NCBI GenBank assembly: GCA_964452355.1
Contig: CAYVKV010000003.1
Span: 31,152-95,151 of the forward strand
Origin: an uncultured Gammaproteobacteria bacterium
Lineage (GTDB): Bacteria > Patescibacteriota > Microgenomatia > UBA1406 > GWC2-37-13
Direction of reading: 5' to 3'
Length of the DNA stretch: 64,000 bases
The notes below the pieces were generated by a model. That model had not been told where the DNA came from, searched no databases, and was given only the letters and a program-made list of their open reading frames with translations. The position numbers and the translations under genes were made by a program. The stretch's first letter is position 1. Every line of letters starts with the position of its first letter. This document shows, in pieces, positions 31,359 through 40,910 of the stretch.

Positions 31359-32312
31359 TTATGTGATGACCGTTAATGATTGCGCACGATTTAAGATATC
31401 TTGACTCCTTGGGTTATGATTAATGGTCCCAACATGCTCAATTGCAAAACTTGCGAGTGCGTTTCCTATCTTCAGTGAGTTTTCAAGAGACATTCCTTCA
31501 AGAAGTCCCCCAATAAACCCTCCGCGCCACGCATCACCTGCGCCGGTTGGGTCAATGATAGATTCTATAGGATATCCTCCGATTGCACAATCAAATGAAT
31601 CGGATTGGAAATGAATACCCTTTGAGCCAAGGGTCGTAATGAGTCCCGCTTCCTTTGGGATAATATTCAAAATTGTTCGTTTTAATCTTCGCTCAATCTG
31701 GGCAATCTCATAATCATTGCCAACAACAAATCTCGCCGAGCGAATACCTTCTTCAAGATCTTTATCTGAGATAAACGTGAGTGACATTCCGGGATCATAC
31801 AGATAGGCAATACTGTTTTCAATACAATACTTTTGAACATGGAGAAATGCATCCGCATGATTTGCTGAAATGACAAAAAGGGGAGAGCCTTCAGAATATT
31901 TTTTAAAATCAATATCTTTGCCTCGTACTCCCGCTCCATAATAATATCCCCATATTTGATTACCCGCTTTGTCCGTCATCACTTTTCCCGTTGAAGTATA
32001 CAAATTGCCGTCGATAATTGATCCGGAGTAATCTATCTTTTTTTCTTTAAACATCCGAGTAATATCGTCATGATCTTTGCCCATTGCGCCAAGCACGGAA
32101 ACCTCTGAAGAGGTACAAATTGAGGTGTTGTATGCAATATTGGTAGCCGTGCCACCGAGATGTTTTGCAAGCTTATCAACGACAAACGAAACATTAATTT
32201 GGTGCAGTTTTTCCGGATGAAAATGATCTTTGAAAAATCCCGGAAAATCCATAATTTCATCATAGGCTATGGAGCCGGTGACAATTACTGAAGAATAGGT
32301 ATATTGGTTCAT
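31359..32312 (-). CDS. PfkB-family carbohydrate/nucleoside kinase (adenosine kinase plausible)
   Basis: 317 aa. GGTATNIAY near the N-terminus and the PfkB signature DPTGAGDAWRGGFIGGL. Lies immediately downstream of ahcY on the same strand. Confidence 0.7.
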   Translation of the reverse strand: MNQYTYSSVIVTGSIAYDEIMDFPGFFKDHFHPEKLHQINVSFVVDKLAKHLGGTATNIAYNTSICTSSEVSVLGAMGKDHDDITRMFKEKKIDYSGSIIDGNLYTSTGKVMTDKAGNQIWGYYYGAGVRGKDIDFKKYSEGSPLFVISANHADAFLHVQKYCIENSIAYLYDPGMSLTFISDKDLEEGIRSARFVVGNDYEIAQIERRLKRTILNIIPKEAGLITTLGSKGIHFQSDSFDCAIGGYPIESIIDPTGAGDAWRGGFIGGLLEGMSLENSLKIGNALASFAIEHVGTINHNPRSQDILNRAQSLTVIT

Positions 32313-32348
32313 GATTAGTAAGTGAAAATAAAAATACCATTATACATA

Positions 32349-34169
32349 TTATTGAGAAAGACCTCTCATTCCTTTTAGAGCAGTTTCGTTTGTTGGGTCC
32401 AGTTCAAGAGCCTTTTGATATGATTTCCGAGCTAATTCATTCTCTCCTTTATTCATATATACCGTGCCAAGATTAACATAAAGCTCGGGATATGTTGGAT
32501 ACACTTCAATTGCATGAAGCGTATATTTTTCAGATGTCTCAAAATCTCCCTTTTCAAAATACATTGCAGCTATATTTTGATAGGATTGCCACAATGCAGG
32601 GTTGAGCTCAACTGCTTTCAAATAATATTTTTCTGCTTCCTCATTCTTTCCCGCTTGTCTAAATATATTGGCAAGATTGTGATGTGCATCTGGATAACTG
32701 GGACTCAATTCTATTGCACGGCTAAACTCCTGAGCGGCACTTTGAAGATCGCCGATCCGCGCATAGTAGTCTCCCAGATTATTGTGCGTTTTTGGATCAG
32801 ATGGAGATGCTTTTCCGGTTGCAATCCATAATTTGTCTTCATTTTGCCAGTCTATATTTCGAACAATCGTACGCACAGAAAAAGACAAGAGGAGTATCGT
32901 AAAAATGATGTACCCAACCGACTTGTATGTTTTGCTGTCAATGAGCTTGGAGAGGAGTACCGAAAATACAAAAAAGAGACCGATGGAACCTAAGTAAGAA
33001 TATCTCTCTGCGACTAACCAAGATAAGCCGAATGGATTGAGGGTTGGAAGCAACGTAATGATAAAAAAACTGAGCCAAAAAAATACCGATTTATTTTTTC
33101 GAAAACTGACCATTATCAATCCAAAAAAAAGTAATGTGAGGCTCAGTAGAACTAAAAATTGAAACGGTGAAAAACGAAACTCCGATTGATACAGAGTGAG
33201 GTGTCGTGGCCAAATAAAAAGCTTGATGTAGGTGCCAAGTGCCGCTGGAATTTGAAAAAAGGGATTTTCGACGTTGAACGTTGCGGTTTTACCTTGAGAC
33301 ACTGCCAAGTACTCAATTCGTTCTTGTACCCGCGTCAGAATAATAAGTCCCCAGATAAATGAAACACTAAAGTACGAGCCGAGAAGAATCCAACTTTTTC
33401 GTACCGAACCAAATGTAAATTCGTATAATCCAATAATGAAGGGAAATACGATTACTTTTTCGGACGCAGATAACGAAATAATAAACGCTAAGATCGAATA
33501 AGCAATATACCGTATTAATTTCTGGGATTTAAATCGTAAATAGAAATAAAATGATGTCAAAATGCCAAACCCTGCCTGCGCATAAATACCTCCTGATATC
33601 CATGTCACCGACTCAGTCATCATCGGATGCACTGCGGCAAATGAAGCAACAATGAATGGCAAGAATTTCTTTTTCGAGAAATAGGGAACAATGAGATACG
33701 TCATCCAAACAAATCCCAGATGAAAAAGTATGTTCCAAATGCGAAATGCAAACGGAGTAAGCCCACCAATAGTATAAGAAATCAAATATTGAGCCGCACG
33801 GATTATAAACGTCGGAACCGCAAATAAATAGCCAGGTTCTTTAAATGCATTCTCATTTCTCAATATGGCATACACGTCGTCTGATACAAACTCAGCTCCG
33901 AATCCATTTGCATAGACAATGAGGATAAACACGAAGAAAAGGATAAAGTAAGGAACATGCTCTTTGAAAATAAATTTTGGTTGTTCTTGAATACTCTCTT
34001 CTGATTTTGTGACGAATCTTTTATGATTCGTCACATGTTGAAGAATTAAATCCTCGGGAATTTTTTTTCGTTTTGAAATCATTTCGACCGATTCTTTCGG
34101 ATAGTGTTTTTGGATATATCTTTTTTGAGAGTACGTCAACTTCATAGTATCCATTGTAGCGTTTTGCAT
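32349..34169 (-). CDS. TMTC-like GT-C glycosyltransferase: polytopic N-terminal domain plus C-terminal TPR repeats
   Basis: 606 aa. The first extracytoplasmic loop is GFGAEFVSDDVYAILRNENA (the FVxDDxxAI motif of TMTC/DUF1736 proteins). About 11 TM helices, then 4-5 TPR units (NLGDYYARIGDLQSAAQEFSRAIELSPSYPDAHHNLANIF...). Confidence 0.7.
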   Translation of the reverse strand: MQNATMDTMKLTYSQKRYIQKHYPKESVEMISKRKKIPEDLILQHVTNHKRFVTKSEESIQEQPKFIFKEHVPYFILFFVFILIVYANGFGAEFVSDDVYAILRNENAFKEPGYLFAVPTFIIRAAQYLISYTIGGLTPFAFRIWNILFHLGFVWMTYLIVPYFSKKKFLPFIVASFAAVHPMMTESVTWISGGIYAQAGFGILTSFYFYLRFKSQKLIRYIAYSILAFIISLSASEKVIVFPFIIGLYEFTFGSVRKSWILLGSYFSVSFIWGLIILTRVQERIEYLAVSQGKTATFNVENPFFQIPAALGTYIKLFIWPRHLTLYQSEFRFSPFQFLVLLSLTLLFFGLIMVSFRKNKSVFFWLSFFIITLLPTLNPFGLSWLVAERYSYLGSIGLFFVFSVLLSKLIDSKTYKSVGYIIFTILLLSFSVRTIVRNIDWQNEDKLWIATGKASPSDPKTHNNLGDYYARIGDLQSAAQEFSRAIELSPSYPDAHHNLANIFRQAGKNEEAEKYYLKAVELNPALWQSYQNIAAMYFEKGDFETSEKYTLHAIEVYPTYPELYVNLGTVYMNKGENELARKSYQKALELDPTNETALKGMRGLSQ

Positions 34170-34224
34170 CTAAAATGCAAAATGAACTTTGTATTTACTC
34201 GTAAGCATTTTCAAGTGAGTAGGG

Positions 34225-34230
34225 TATAGT
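34225..34230 (+). promoter_or_regulatory. Candidate -10 box (TATAGT) 7 nt upstream of the first glycan-cluster ATG
   Basis: TATAGT at 34225-34230; ATG at 34238. Located in the divergent intergenic region. Confidence 0.3.
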
Positions 34231-34237
34231 ATATGAT

Positions 34238-35059
34238 ATGCAAACTGTTTCGGTTATCGTTCCTACGCATAATTCGGGTAAAACTCTTACCCGATGTCTT
34301 AAATCAGTTCGATCTCAAACTTTTAAAAATATTGAACTCATTGTTGTTGATAATTTTTCTACAGACAACACCTTGAAGATTGCCAAACGCTTCGCAGACA
34401 AGGTCTTTTCGGTTCCTCCTGAAAGAAGTACCCAACGCAATTATGGAGTTAAAAAAAGTACCGGTGAATATATTATGTTTGCTGATTCAGACATGTACCT
34501 CAGTTCATCTGTTATACGGGAATGCGTGAGTGCCTTGAAAAAGGATATCATTGGAATATATATTCCTGAACAAATTCTTGGCGATTCTTTTTGGGCAGAG
34601 GTACGAAATTTTGAAAGAGGATTTTACAATAGTACCTGCGTCGATGCGATTCGTTTTTTGAGGAAAAAAGATTTTGAAAAAATGGGAGGATTTGACGAGC
34701 AGTTAAGAGTGGCAGAGGACTGGGATTTTGACCGGCGAATACGAAACTATGGAACGACCGCCGAAATTACTGCACATGTATTTCATGACGAATCGGCTTT
34801 TTCGATTGATACATATATTGGGAAGAAAAAATCCTATTTTGATGATCTTCAAATATATCAACAAAAATGGAACGGGCATCCTGAAGTAAATAAACAACTA
34901 GGTTTTATGTACCGAATGATAGGGGTATTTATTGAGAATAATAAATGGAAACGATTGCTGCGGCAGCCAATTTTATCTATGGCAATGATAGTACTTCGAA
35001 CGATGGTTGGTTTTGAGTATCTTATTTCAAAAATCGTATTAAGAAAAGTTACATCATAA
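34238..35059 (+). CDS. Glycosyltransferase family 2
   Basis: VSVIVPTHNSGKTLTRCLKSVRSQTFKNIELIVVDNFSTD and FADSDM are GT-A/GT2 motifs. Confidence 0.88.
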   Translation: MQTVSVIVPTHNSGKTLTRCLKSVRSQTFKNIELIVVDNFSTDNTLKIAKRFADKVFSVPPERSTQRNYGVKKSTGEYIMFADSDMYLSSSVIRECVSALKKDIIGIYIPEQILGDSFWAEVRNFERGFYNSTCVDAIRFLRKKDFEKMGGFDEQLRVAEDWDFDRRIRNYGTTAEITAHVFHDESAFSIDTYIGKKKSYFDDLQIYQQKWNGHPEVNKQLGFMYRMIGVFIENNKWKRLLRQPILSMAMIVLRTMVGFEYLISKIVLRKVTS

Positions 35060-35067
35060 CTTCAACT

Positions 35068-35787
35068 ATGCAAAATAATACAAATCCCCTCAGTTCAACG
35101 TGGAATATTCAATGGCGAAATTATAATAAAGCTCCTTTTTTCAAGCCAAATCATAAAGTTATTCAGGAGATTGTTCGCTGTTTTGATGGAAATGTAAAGA
35201 ATAAGAAAATACTCGAAATCGGTGCCGGTTCCGGTTGTGACGTTCTTTGTTTGTCCAAAATGGGAGCTTACGGATATGCGTTGGATTTCTCTTCCGAATC
35301 AATCAAAACAATGCGATACTGGTCGAAGAAAACAAAAACGAATATCAGTATCAAGCAGGCAGATATTAGAAACTTACCTTATGAAAAGTCACTATTTGAT
35401 ATGATTTATTCGGTAGGACTTATGGAACATTTCGAAAACCCCCTTCCGTTACTGGAAAAGCAATTATCTTCAATAAAAAAGGGAGGATTTCTTCTCATTG
35501 ATCTTCCACAGAAATATTCGTTATACACTATTGCAAAACACGTTCGAATGAGATTGGGTACCCATCCATTTGGCTGGGAAACAGAATATTCCTTGGGAGA
35601 ATTGAGAAAAATGTCTGAAAAATTAAACACAAAGATCGTCAGATGGTATGGAAGAGATCTGGATATTATTCAAAAAATCCCCCTCAGCATTAGACCATAT
35701 GTTGATTCCGTATACAAGAAAACTATTGAAAACACGTGGATTTCTCCCTATATCGGCCTTTCCATTGGAATCATCTTGCAAAAATAA
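35068..35787 (+). CDS. Class I SAM-dependent methyltransferase
   Basis: Motif I ILEIGAGSGCDVLCL, YALDFS, FDMIYSVGLMEHF and KKGGFLLI. Confidence 0.8.
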   Translation: MQNNTNPLSSTWNIQWRNYNKAPFFKPNHKVIQEIVRCFDGNVKNKKILEIGAGSGCDVLCLSKMGAYGYALDFSSESIKTMRYWSKKTKTNISIKQADIRNLPYEKSLFDMIYSVGLMEHFENPLPLLEKQLSSIKKGGFLLIDLPQKYSLYTIAKHVRMRLGTHPFGWETEYSLGELRKMSEKLNTKIVRWYGRDLDIIQKIPLSIRPYVDSVYKKTIENTWISPYIGLSIGIILQK

Positions 35788-35808
35788 TCAGCATTTTTGA
35801 GAATATCC

Positions 35809-36837
35809 ATGAAAAATCAATCAACAAAAAAACAGAAAACAATCTCACTCATTGTCGTAAACTACAATGGTCGAGAACATTTGGATGAATATTTTACCTC
35901 TGTTTTTTCACAAACAAGAGTTCCTGACGAAGTGATCATGTTTGACAACTTGTGCACCGATGGCAGTCGAGCATTTGTAGGAAAAAAATTCCCAACCGTC
36001 AAAATCATCACCGAGGATCGATTTAACACCGGAACAGCACGCGCATACAACACAGCCTTTCAAAAATCTTCAGGAAATTTTGTTGTTTTACAGTCAAATG
36101 ATATTGTTTTGGATTCTAAGTGTATTGAAACCTTATATAAGAAAATAAGCAGTGATGATTCAATAGGCATCGTCTCGAGCATTACAATACGGTATCCCAA
36201 TAAAAAATTGCGAAAATTTATCGTAGATCAAGCGGGGGGACAGATGGATATATATGGATTTGGCATGCAGAACTATCCGCAAGTGCCGGTAATTGATATC
36301 CCTGATGCCGGAGAAGTTTTTTTTGCATATGGTGATTCGATCATTATGAGAAGGGAGGCTTTTCAAAAAGTAAACGGACTTGATGAACGAATGTTTATGC
36401 TTCATGACGATATAGATTTATCCTGGCGCATGAGACTGCTTGGCTACAAAATCATGTATACAAAACATTCCTTTGTATATCACAAGGGAAGTGCAACGAT
36501 TGGATCAAATTACAAACGTCCACAGATACGATTTTTGAGTGAACGAAATGGAATGAGATGCTATTTAAAAAATACTTCATATGCTCATTTCTTCAAAACC
36601 TTTCCCATGTATATGATACTCTTATGCGGAGAAATGGGATATTTTTTATTCCGAGGAAAATTTCAATTATTTTTTGCAGATGTACGAGCCATACTTTGGA
36701 ATCTGTACTATCTTCCCGAAACACTCCTCCTGAAAATTCAAATTCAGTCTCATGCAAAAATGGATAATACAAACAAACTTTTCCACCACAAAAGCTTCAA
36801 ACTCATGCTCTTCAAAAATTTTAGCAAATCACTTTGA
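35809..36837 (+). CDS. Glycosyltransferase family 2 (rhamnosyltransferase-like)
   Basis: ISLIVVNYNGREHLDEYFTSVFSQT...MFDNLCTDGS and a later HDDIDLSWR. ATG at 35809 is preferred over the TTG at 35797. Confidence 0.85.
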   Translation: MKNQSTKKQKTISLIVVNYNGREHLDEYFTSVFSQTRVPDEVIMFDNLCTDGSRAFVGKKFPTVKIITEDRFNTGTARAYNTAFQKSSGNFVVLQSNDIVLDSKCIETLYKKISSDDSIGIVSSITIRYPNKKLRKFIVDQAGGQMDIYGFGMQNYPQVPVIDIPDAGEVFFAYGDSIIMRREAFQKVNGLDERMFMLHDDIDLSWRMRLLGYKIMYTKHSFVYHKGSATIGSNYKRPQIRFLSERNGMRCYLKNTSYAHFFKTFPMYMILLCGEMGYFLFRGKFQLFFADVRAILWNLYYLPETLLLKIQIQSHAKMDNTNKLFHHKSFKLMLFKNFSKSL

Positions 36838-36887
36838 AATCTCCTCAAAATTATTATGGTACTATTTAGTACAATGGTGCTACTTTT

Positions 36888-38675
36888 ATGAAAGTTTCAG
36901 ATTACATCGTTTCCTATCTTGAATCAATCAAAGTTACGACCGTGTTTGGTATAACCGGATCGGTGATCGCCGATATTCTCGACTCCTTCCACGGTAAGAA
37001 AAAAATTCATCTTTATCATCCTATTCACGAACAAACGGCTGCAATGTCAGCACATGCATACACCATGGCCAGTGGAAAAATCGGTGTCGCAATCTCTACA
37101 TCCGGCCCGGGAGCCACGAATCTTTTGACCGGTCTCACGTGTGCATGGTATGACTCGATTCCCGCACTCTATATCAGTGGTCAAGTAAATAGCAACTTCA
37201 CCAGGGGCAAAAAGGCAGTCCGCCAGATTGGATTTCAAGAAACTGACGTGGTCGGCATCGTCAAATGTGTTACAAAATATACGACGATGGTGACCGATCC
37301 TTCCCTGATTCGGTATGAACTTGAAAAGGCAGTTCACCTTGCCACTACTGGACGGCCAGGTCCGGTACTTCTTGATATTCCCATCGATGTACAAAGAGCC
37401 GATATCGACCCGTCAAAATTAAAACGGTTTATTCCAGAAATACAATCGAAAACAAAAAATAGTACATTAATACAAGAAAAAATAAAAGAATATATCACTG
37501 ATCTAAAAAAAGCCAAACATCCTGTGGCGCTTGTTGGTGGGGGAGTAACACACGCAAACGCGATCAAAGAGGCAGAATCACTCTTTCACTATCTGAAGGT
37601 TCCGACGGTACTGACATGGGTCGGCATCGATACGCTCCCCAAGGCGCACCCACTCTATCGTGGACGGATTGGTACCTATGGCCAACGAGGAGCAAATTTT
37701 ACCATTCAAAATGCAGATCTATTACTATCTCTCGGGTCTCGTCATGATGGAAGACAGACCGGCGGTCGACTTGATAGCTTTGCCCGAGAAGCAAAGAGAT
37801 ATATTGTTGATGTTGACGAAGGAGAACTCAAGGATCAGCCAATTCATGGTCATGTCAATATTCATGCAGATCTGAAGGAGTTTATTCCACTCCTTACTCA
37901 GAAAATTCAATCAGAAAACATTCCTTCGTTTACTCATTGGCTCAAAGAGACAAAAGAGTGGCAATTGGAGTTCCCAACGGTTCTCCCCAATTATGAAAAG
38001 CCAAATCGAAGAGTAAACACCTATTCGTTTATGAAAAAACTATCCCATATTTTGGAAGTGGGGGATATTATCGTTGGAGATTGCGGCGGGAATATCGTAC
38101 CGCTTGCACAGGCTTTTGAGGTCAAGAAACATCAAAAGCTCATCACGTCTTGGTCTCATAGCCCGATGGGATATGCATTTGCGGCAAGCATAGGAGCGTA
38201 CCTTGGGAAAAGTAAAGAGACAAAACATGTCGTTTGTACCATTGGAGATGGGGGTATGCAAGTGAATATTCAAGAACTTCAGACGTATAAGATGTACAAC
38301 ATTCCGGTAAAAGTTTTTGTACTCAACAATCAGTCATACGGAATTATCATGCAGTACCAAGACACCTATCTGAACTCGCGATATGTTGGCGCAGCTCCAA
38401 AATGGGGATATACCTACCCGGATTTCAGAAAAGTAGCTGAGGCATTTGGTATCAAGACTGAACTCATACGTACAAATGGAGAAGTTGAGTCAAAGATCAA
38501 AAAAGTACTTGCAATGAAAGGACCCGTGATATGTGAGGTCAATCTTGAGAAAAAAACAGTCCTCGAACCGAGACTCGGATGGAATGCCGGTATTGAAGAT
38601 CAGTTTCCAAAAATTGATCAGGATGTTTTGAAGCGTCACTTGTACGTAAAACAGTTTAACCCTGATAAGAAGTAG
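36888..38675 (+). CDS. Thiamine-diphosphate-dependent enzyme, acetolactate-synthase-large-subunit-like (YerE-like context)
   Basis: 595 aa. GPGATNLLTGLTCAWYDSIPALYISGQV, and the C-terminal TPP motif GDGGMQVNIQELQT...VLNNQSYG. Confidence 0.85.
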   Translation: MKVSDYIVSYLESIKVTTVFGITGSVIADILDSFHGKKKIHLYHPIHEQTAAMSAHAYTMASGKIGVAISTSGPGATNLLTGLTCAWYDSIPALYISGQVNSNFTRGKKAVRQIGFQETDVVGIVKCVTKYTTMVTDPSLIRYELEKAVHLATTGRPGPVLLDIPIDVQRADIDPSKLKRFIPEIQSKTKNSTLIQEKIKEYITDLKKAKHPVALVGGGVTHANAIKEAESLFHYLKVPTVLTWVGIDTLPKAHPLYRGRIGTYGQRGANFTIQNADLLLSLGSRHDGRQTGGRLDSFAREAKRYIVDVDEGELKDQPIHGHVNIHADLKEFIPLLTQKIQSENIPSFTHWLKETKEWQLEFPTVLPNYEKPNRRVNTYSFMKKLSHILEVGDIIVGDCGGNIVPLAQAFEVKKHQKLITSWSHSPMGYAFAASIGAYLGKSKETKHVVCTIGDGGMQVNIQELQTYKMYNIPVKVFVLNNQSYGIIMQYQDTYLNSRYVGAAPKWGYTYPDFRKVAEAFGIKTELIRTNGEVESKIKKVLAMKGPVICEVNLEKKTVLEPRLGWNAGIEDQFPKIDQDVLKRHLYVKQFNPDKK

Positions 38676-38676
38676 T

Positions 38677-39717
38677 ATGAACTCCACCATTACCCATGAT
38701 ATCGAACAGATTGTCGATCGATTAGATCTCAGTCCATTGAAAGGAAAGAGCGTTCTTCTTACCGGCTCAAATGGTTTTCTTGGAAGATACATCGCGATGG
38801 TCGTTTCGATGTTGAATCAAAAATATGATTATGGAACCACGTTGTACTGTTGGAGCCTCCACGCGCCAAATGATGATATAAAAAACCTTGCAAAAAATGA
38901 CCCAAACATCATCCCTCAATCCGTAAATCTTTCAAAACCAATTACCTTTACAAAAGAAGTTGATTTCATTCTTCATGCGGCAGGTTATGCGCAGCCAAAA
39001 AAATTTATTGAGAATATATTTGAAACCATTGAGCTAAATATTCACGCAACTCACTCCCTTCTCGAAATTGCAAAAAAGAATAATGCCCGTTTCTTATTTT
39101 TCAGTTCCGCAGAGGTGTATGGCGATATTCCAAAAAATCTTATTTCCGTATCTGAGAAATACAACGGTTGTATCGACACCTCAAATATTAGATCAATGTA
39201 TGCTGAATCGAAACGTCTTGGCGAGACTATCTGCTCAATGTACCGACAAAATGAAGACGTAAATGCATTTGTCGCACGTATTTCTCATGTATACGGACCG
39301 GGTATCTCAACAACTGACAAAAGGGTGATTGGAGAATGTATACGAAAAGCATTTGAAGAAAAAGTCATAACTCTTGAGGATCAGGGCACCGCAATAAAAA
39401 CGTGGGGATATATCGCAGATATCATACAAATGATTCTCAATATACTCACTCATGGAACTGAATTGATATATAACGTAGGAGGTATTGATACCATGAGCAT
39501 CAAAGAATTAGCTGAAGAAATCGGTCGCCAAACAAATGCGGATGTGGTCACTCCTCAATCAAATGGAAAAAAAGACAATAGCATACATGATCCTCAATTT
39601 GTAAAATTGAATATCACAAAATATTCGAAAGAATTCGGCGATCCAACATTTATATCATTTTCAGAAGGGATACGACGAACAATAGAATGGAATAGAAACA
39701 TTAGTCAACTCGTATGA
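38677..39717 (+). CDS. Extended SDR NAD-dependent nucleotide-sugar epimerase/dehydratase/reductase
   Basis: Rossmann fold LLTGSNGFLGRYI, SSAEVYG and catalytic YAESK. The start is 1 nt after the TPP-enzyme stop. Confidence 0.8.
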   Translation: MNSTITHDIEQIVDRLDLSPLKGKSVLLTGSNGFLGRYIAMVVSMLNQKYDYGTTLYCWSLHAPNDDIKNLAKNDPNIIPQSVNLSKPITFTKEVDFILHAAGYAQPKKFIENIFETIELNIHATHSLLEIAKKNNARFLFFSSAEVYGDIPKNLISVSEKYNGCIDTSNIRSMYAESKRLGETICSMYRQNEDVNAFVARISHVYGPGISTTDKRVIGECIRKAFEEKVITLEDQGTAIKTWGYIADIIQMILNILTHGTELIYNVGGIDTMSIKELAEEIGRQTNADVVTPQSNGKKDNSIHDPQFVKLNITKYSKEFGDPTFISFSEGIRRTIEWNRNISQLV

Positions 39718-40910
39718 ATAAAGACAGATTATTTTGGAAACTCCAAGACAACATTCTTGATACAGAAAATAAACAAACCCTCATCAAATTCATAAAATCT
39801 ACCGATCGCTTTACTCAGTTTGAGGAGGTGAAAAAATTTGAAAGAGAATGGTCGACATGGCAAGGGAGAAGGCATAGTGTTTTTGTAAATTCAGGGAGTT
39901 CTGCAATCCTGGTCATTATTTCTGCACTGAAAGAATATTACAAATGGGGTAAAGGCGCTGAAATAATGGTACCCGCGGTAACATGGATTACTGATATTTC
40001 AGTACTTCTTCAGCTTGATTTAAAACCGGTATTTGTCGATGTGAATCTTGAAGATTTTTCATTTGATTATGAAGATTTAGCATCAAAGATTACTTCAAAA
40101 ACAAAAGCGATATTTCTCACTCATCTCATTGGGTTTCCAGCAGATATTAATAAAGTGAAGCAAATGATTGGTAAGAAAAAAATCCATCTCATTGAAGATT
40201 GCTGTGAATCACATGGAGCAAAAATTTCAAATACAAAAGTCGGCAATCACGGATTGGTAAGTTTGTTTAGTTTTTACTGGGGTCACCATATTACGACTGT
40301 TGAGGGTGGAATGATCTGCACCGATAATAAAAAACTATATCATCTCTTTCTGCTCAAACGCTCTCACGGCCTGGCTCGGGAACTTCCCAAAAAACTGCAT
40401 CAATATTACAAAAACAAACACAAAGACATTGATTTTAATTTTCTCTTTCTTACCAATGGGTTCAATGTTCGAAATACAGAACTCAATGCAGTACTGGGAA
40501 GTTCACAATTAAAAAAACTGGATAAATACATTGAACATAGGAATAAAGTACATGAAAAATTCCTGAAAATTATCAGTCATTATCCGGAATATTTATTTGC
40601 ACCCTACAAAGACGGTATCTCCTCATTCTCACTGCCATTCATCATGAAGAAACAATATATCAAAAATCGACTCCAAAAGTTTCTGACAAAAAATGGCGTA
40701 GAAACGCGACCTATTATTGGAGGAAATTTACTTCGCCAACCATTTTTAAAAGCTGAATTTAAAAATAAAGGTTTTCCCAATGCAGATTTTCTTCATAAGA
40801 ATGCATTTTATATTGGAAATAATCAATTCGTGGATTCTCAGAAACTCAACCGACTCAAAGAACTACTGGATATATTTTTTACCAATCCAAAAAATATCAC
40901 CCATGAATAA
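39714..40910 (+). CDS. DegT/DnrJ/EryC1/StrS-family PLP/PMP enzyme with His in place of the Schiff-base Lys (nucleotide-sugar 3-dehydratase, ColD/E1-like)
   Basis: 398 aa. SFYWGHHITTVEGG (40269-40310) aligns with SFHxxKxITxxEGG of family aminotransferases, with K replaced by H191. ATGA-type overlap with the SDR gene. Confidence 0.7.
   Translation: MNKDRLFWKLQDNILDTENKQTLIKFIKSTDRFTQFEEVKKFEREWSTWQGRRHSVFVNSGSSAILVIISALKEYYKWGKGAEIMVPAVTWITDISVLLQLDLKPVFVDVNLEDFSFDYEDLASKITSKTKAIFLTHLIGFPADINKVKQMIGKKKIHLIEDCCESHGAKISNTKVGNHGLVSLFSFYWGHHITTVEGGMICTDNKKLYHLFLLKRSHGLARELPKKLHQYYKNKHKDIDFNFLFLTNGFNVRNTELNAVLGSSQLKKLDKYIEHRNKVHEKFLKIISHYPEYLFAPYKDGISSFSLPFIMKKQYIKNRLQKFLTKNGVETRPIIGGNLLRQPFLKAEFKNKGFPNADFLHKNAFYIGNNQFVDSQKLNRLKELLDIFFTNPKNITHE

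Noticed and set aside
40780-40902. Long N-terminal extensions in the ORF track for the Fcl-like gene (40780), GT4 (44534), GT2-MT fusion (46784), L31 (14303), SGNH hydrolase (63304) and LepA (27877).
   Set aside because: The extensions overlap the preceding gene or a promoter-like element and do not match family N-termini. Internal ATGs give canonical N-termini and typical ATGA or short-overlap coupling.
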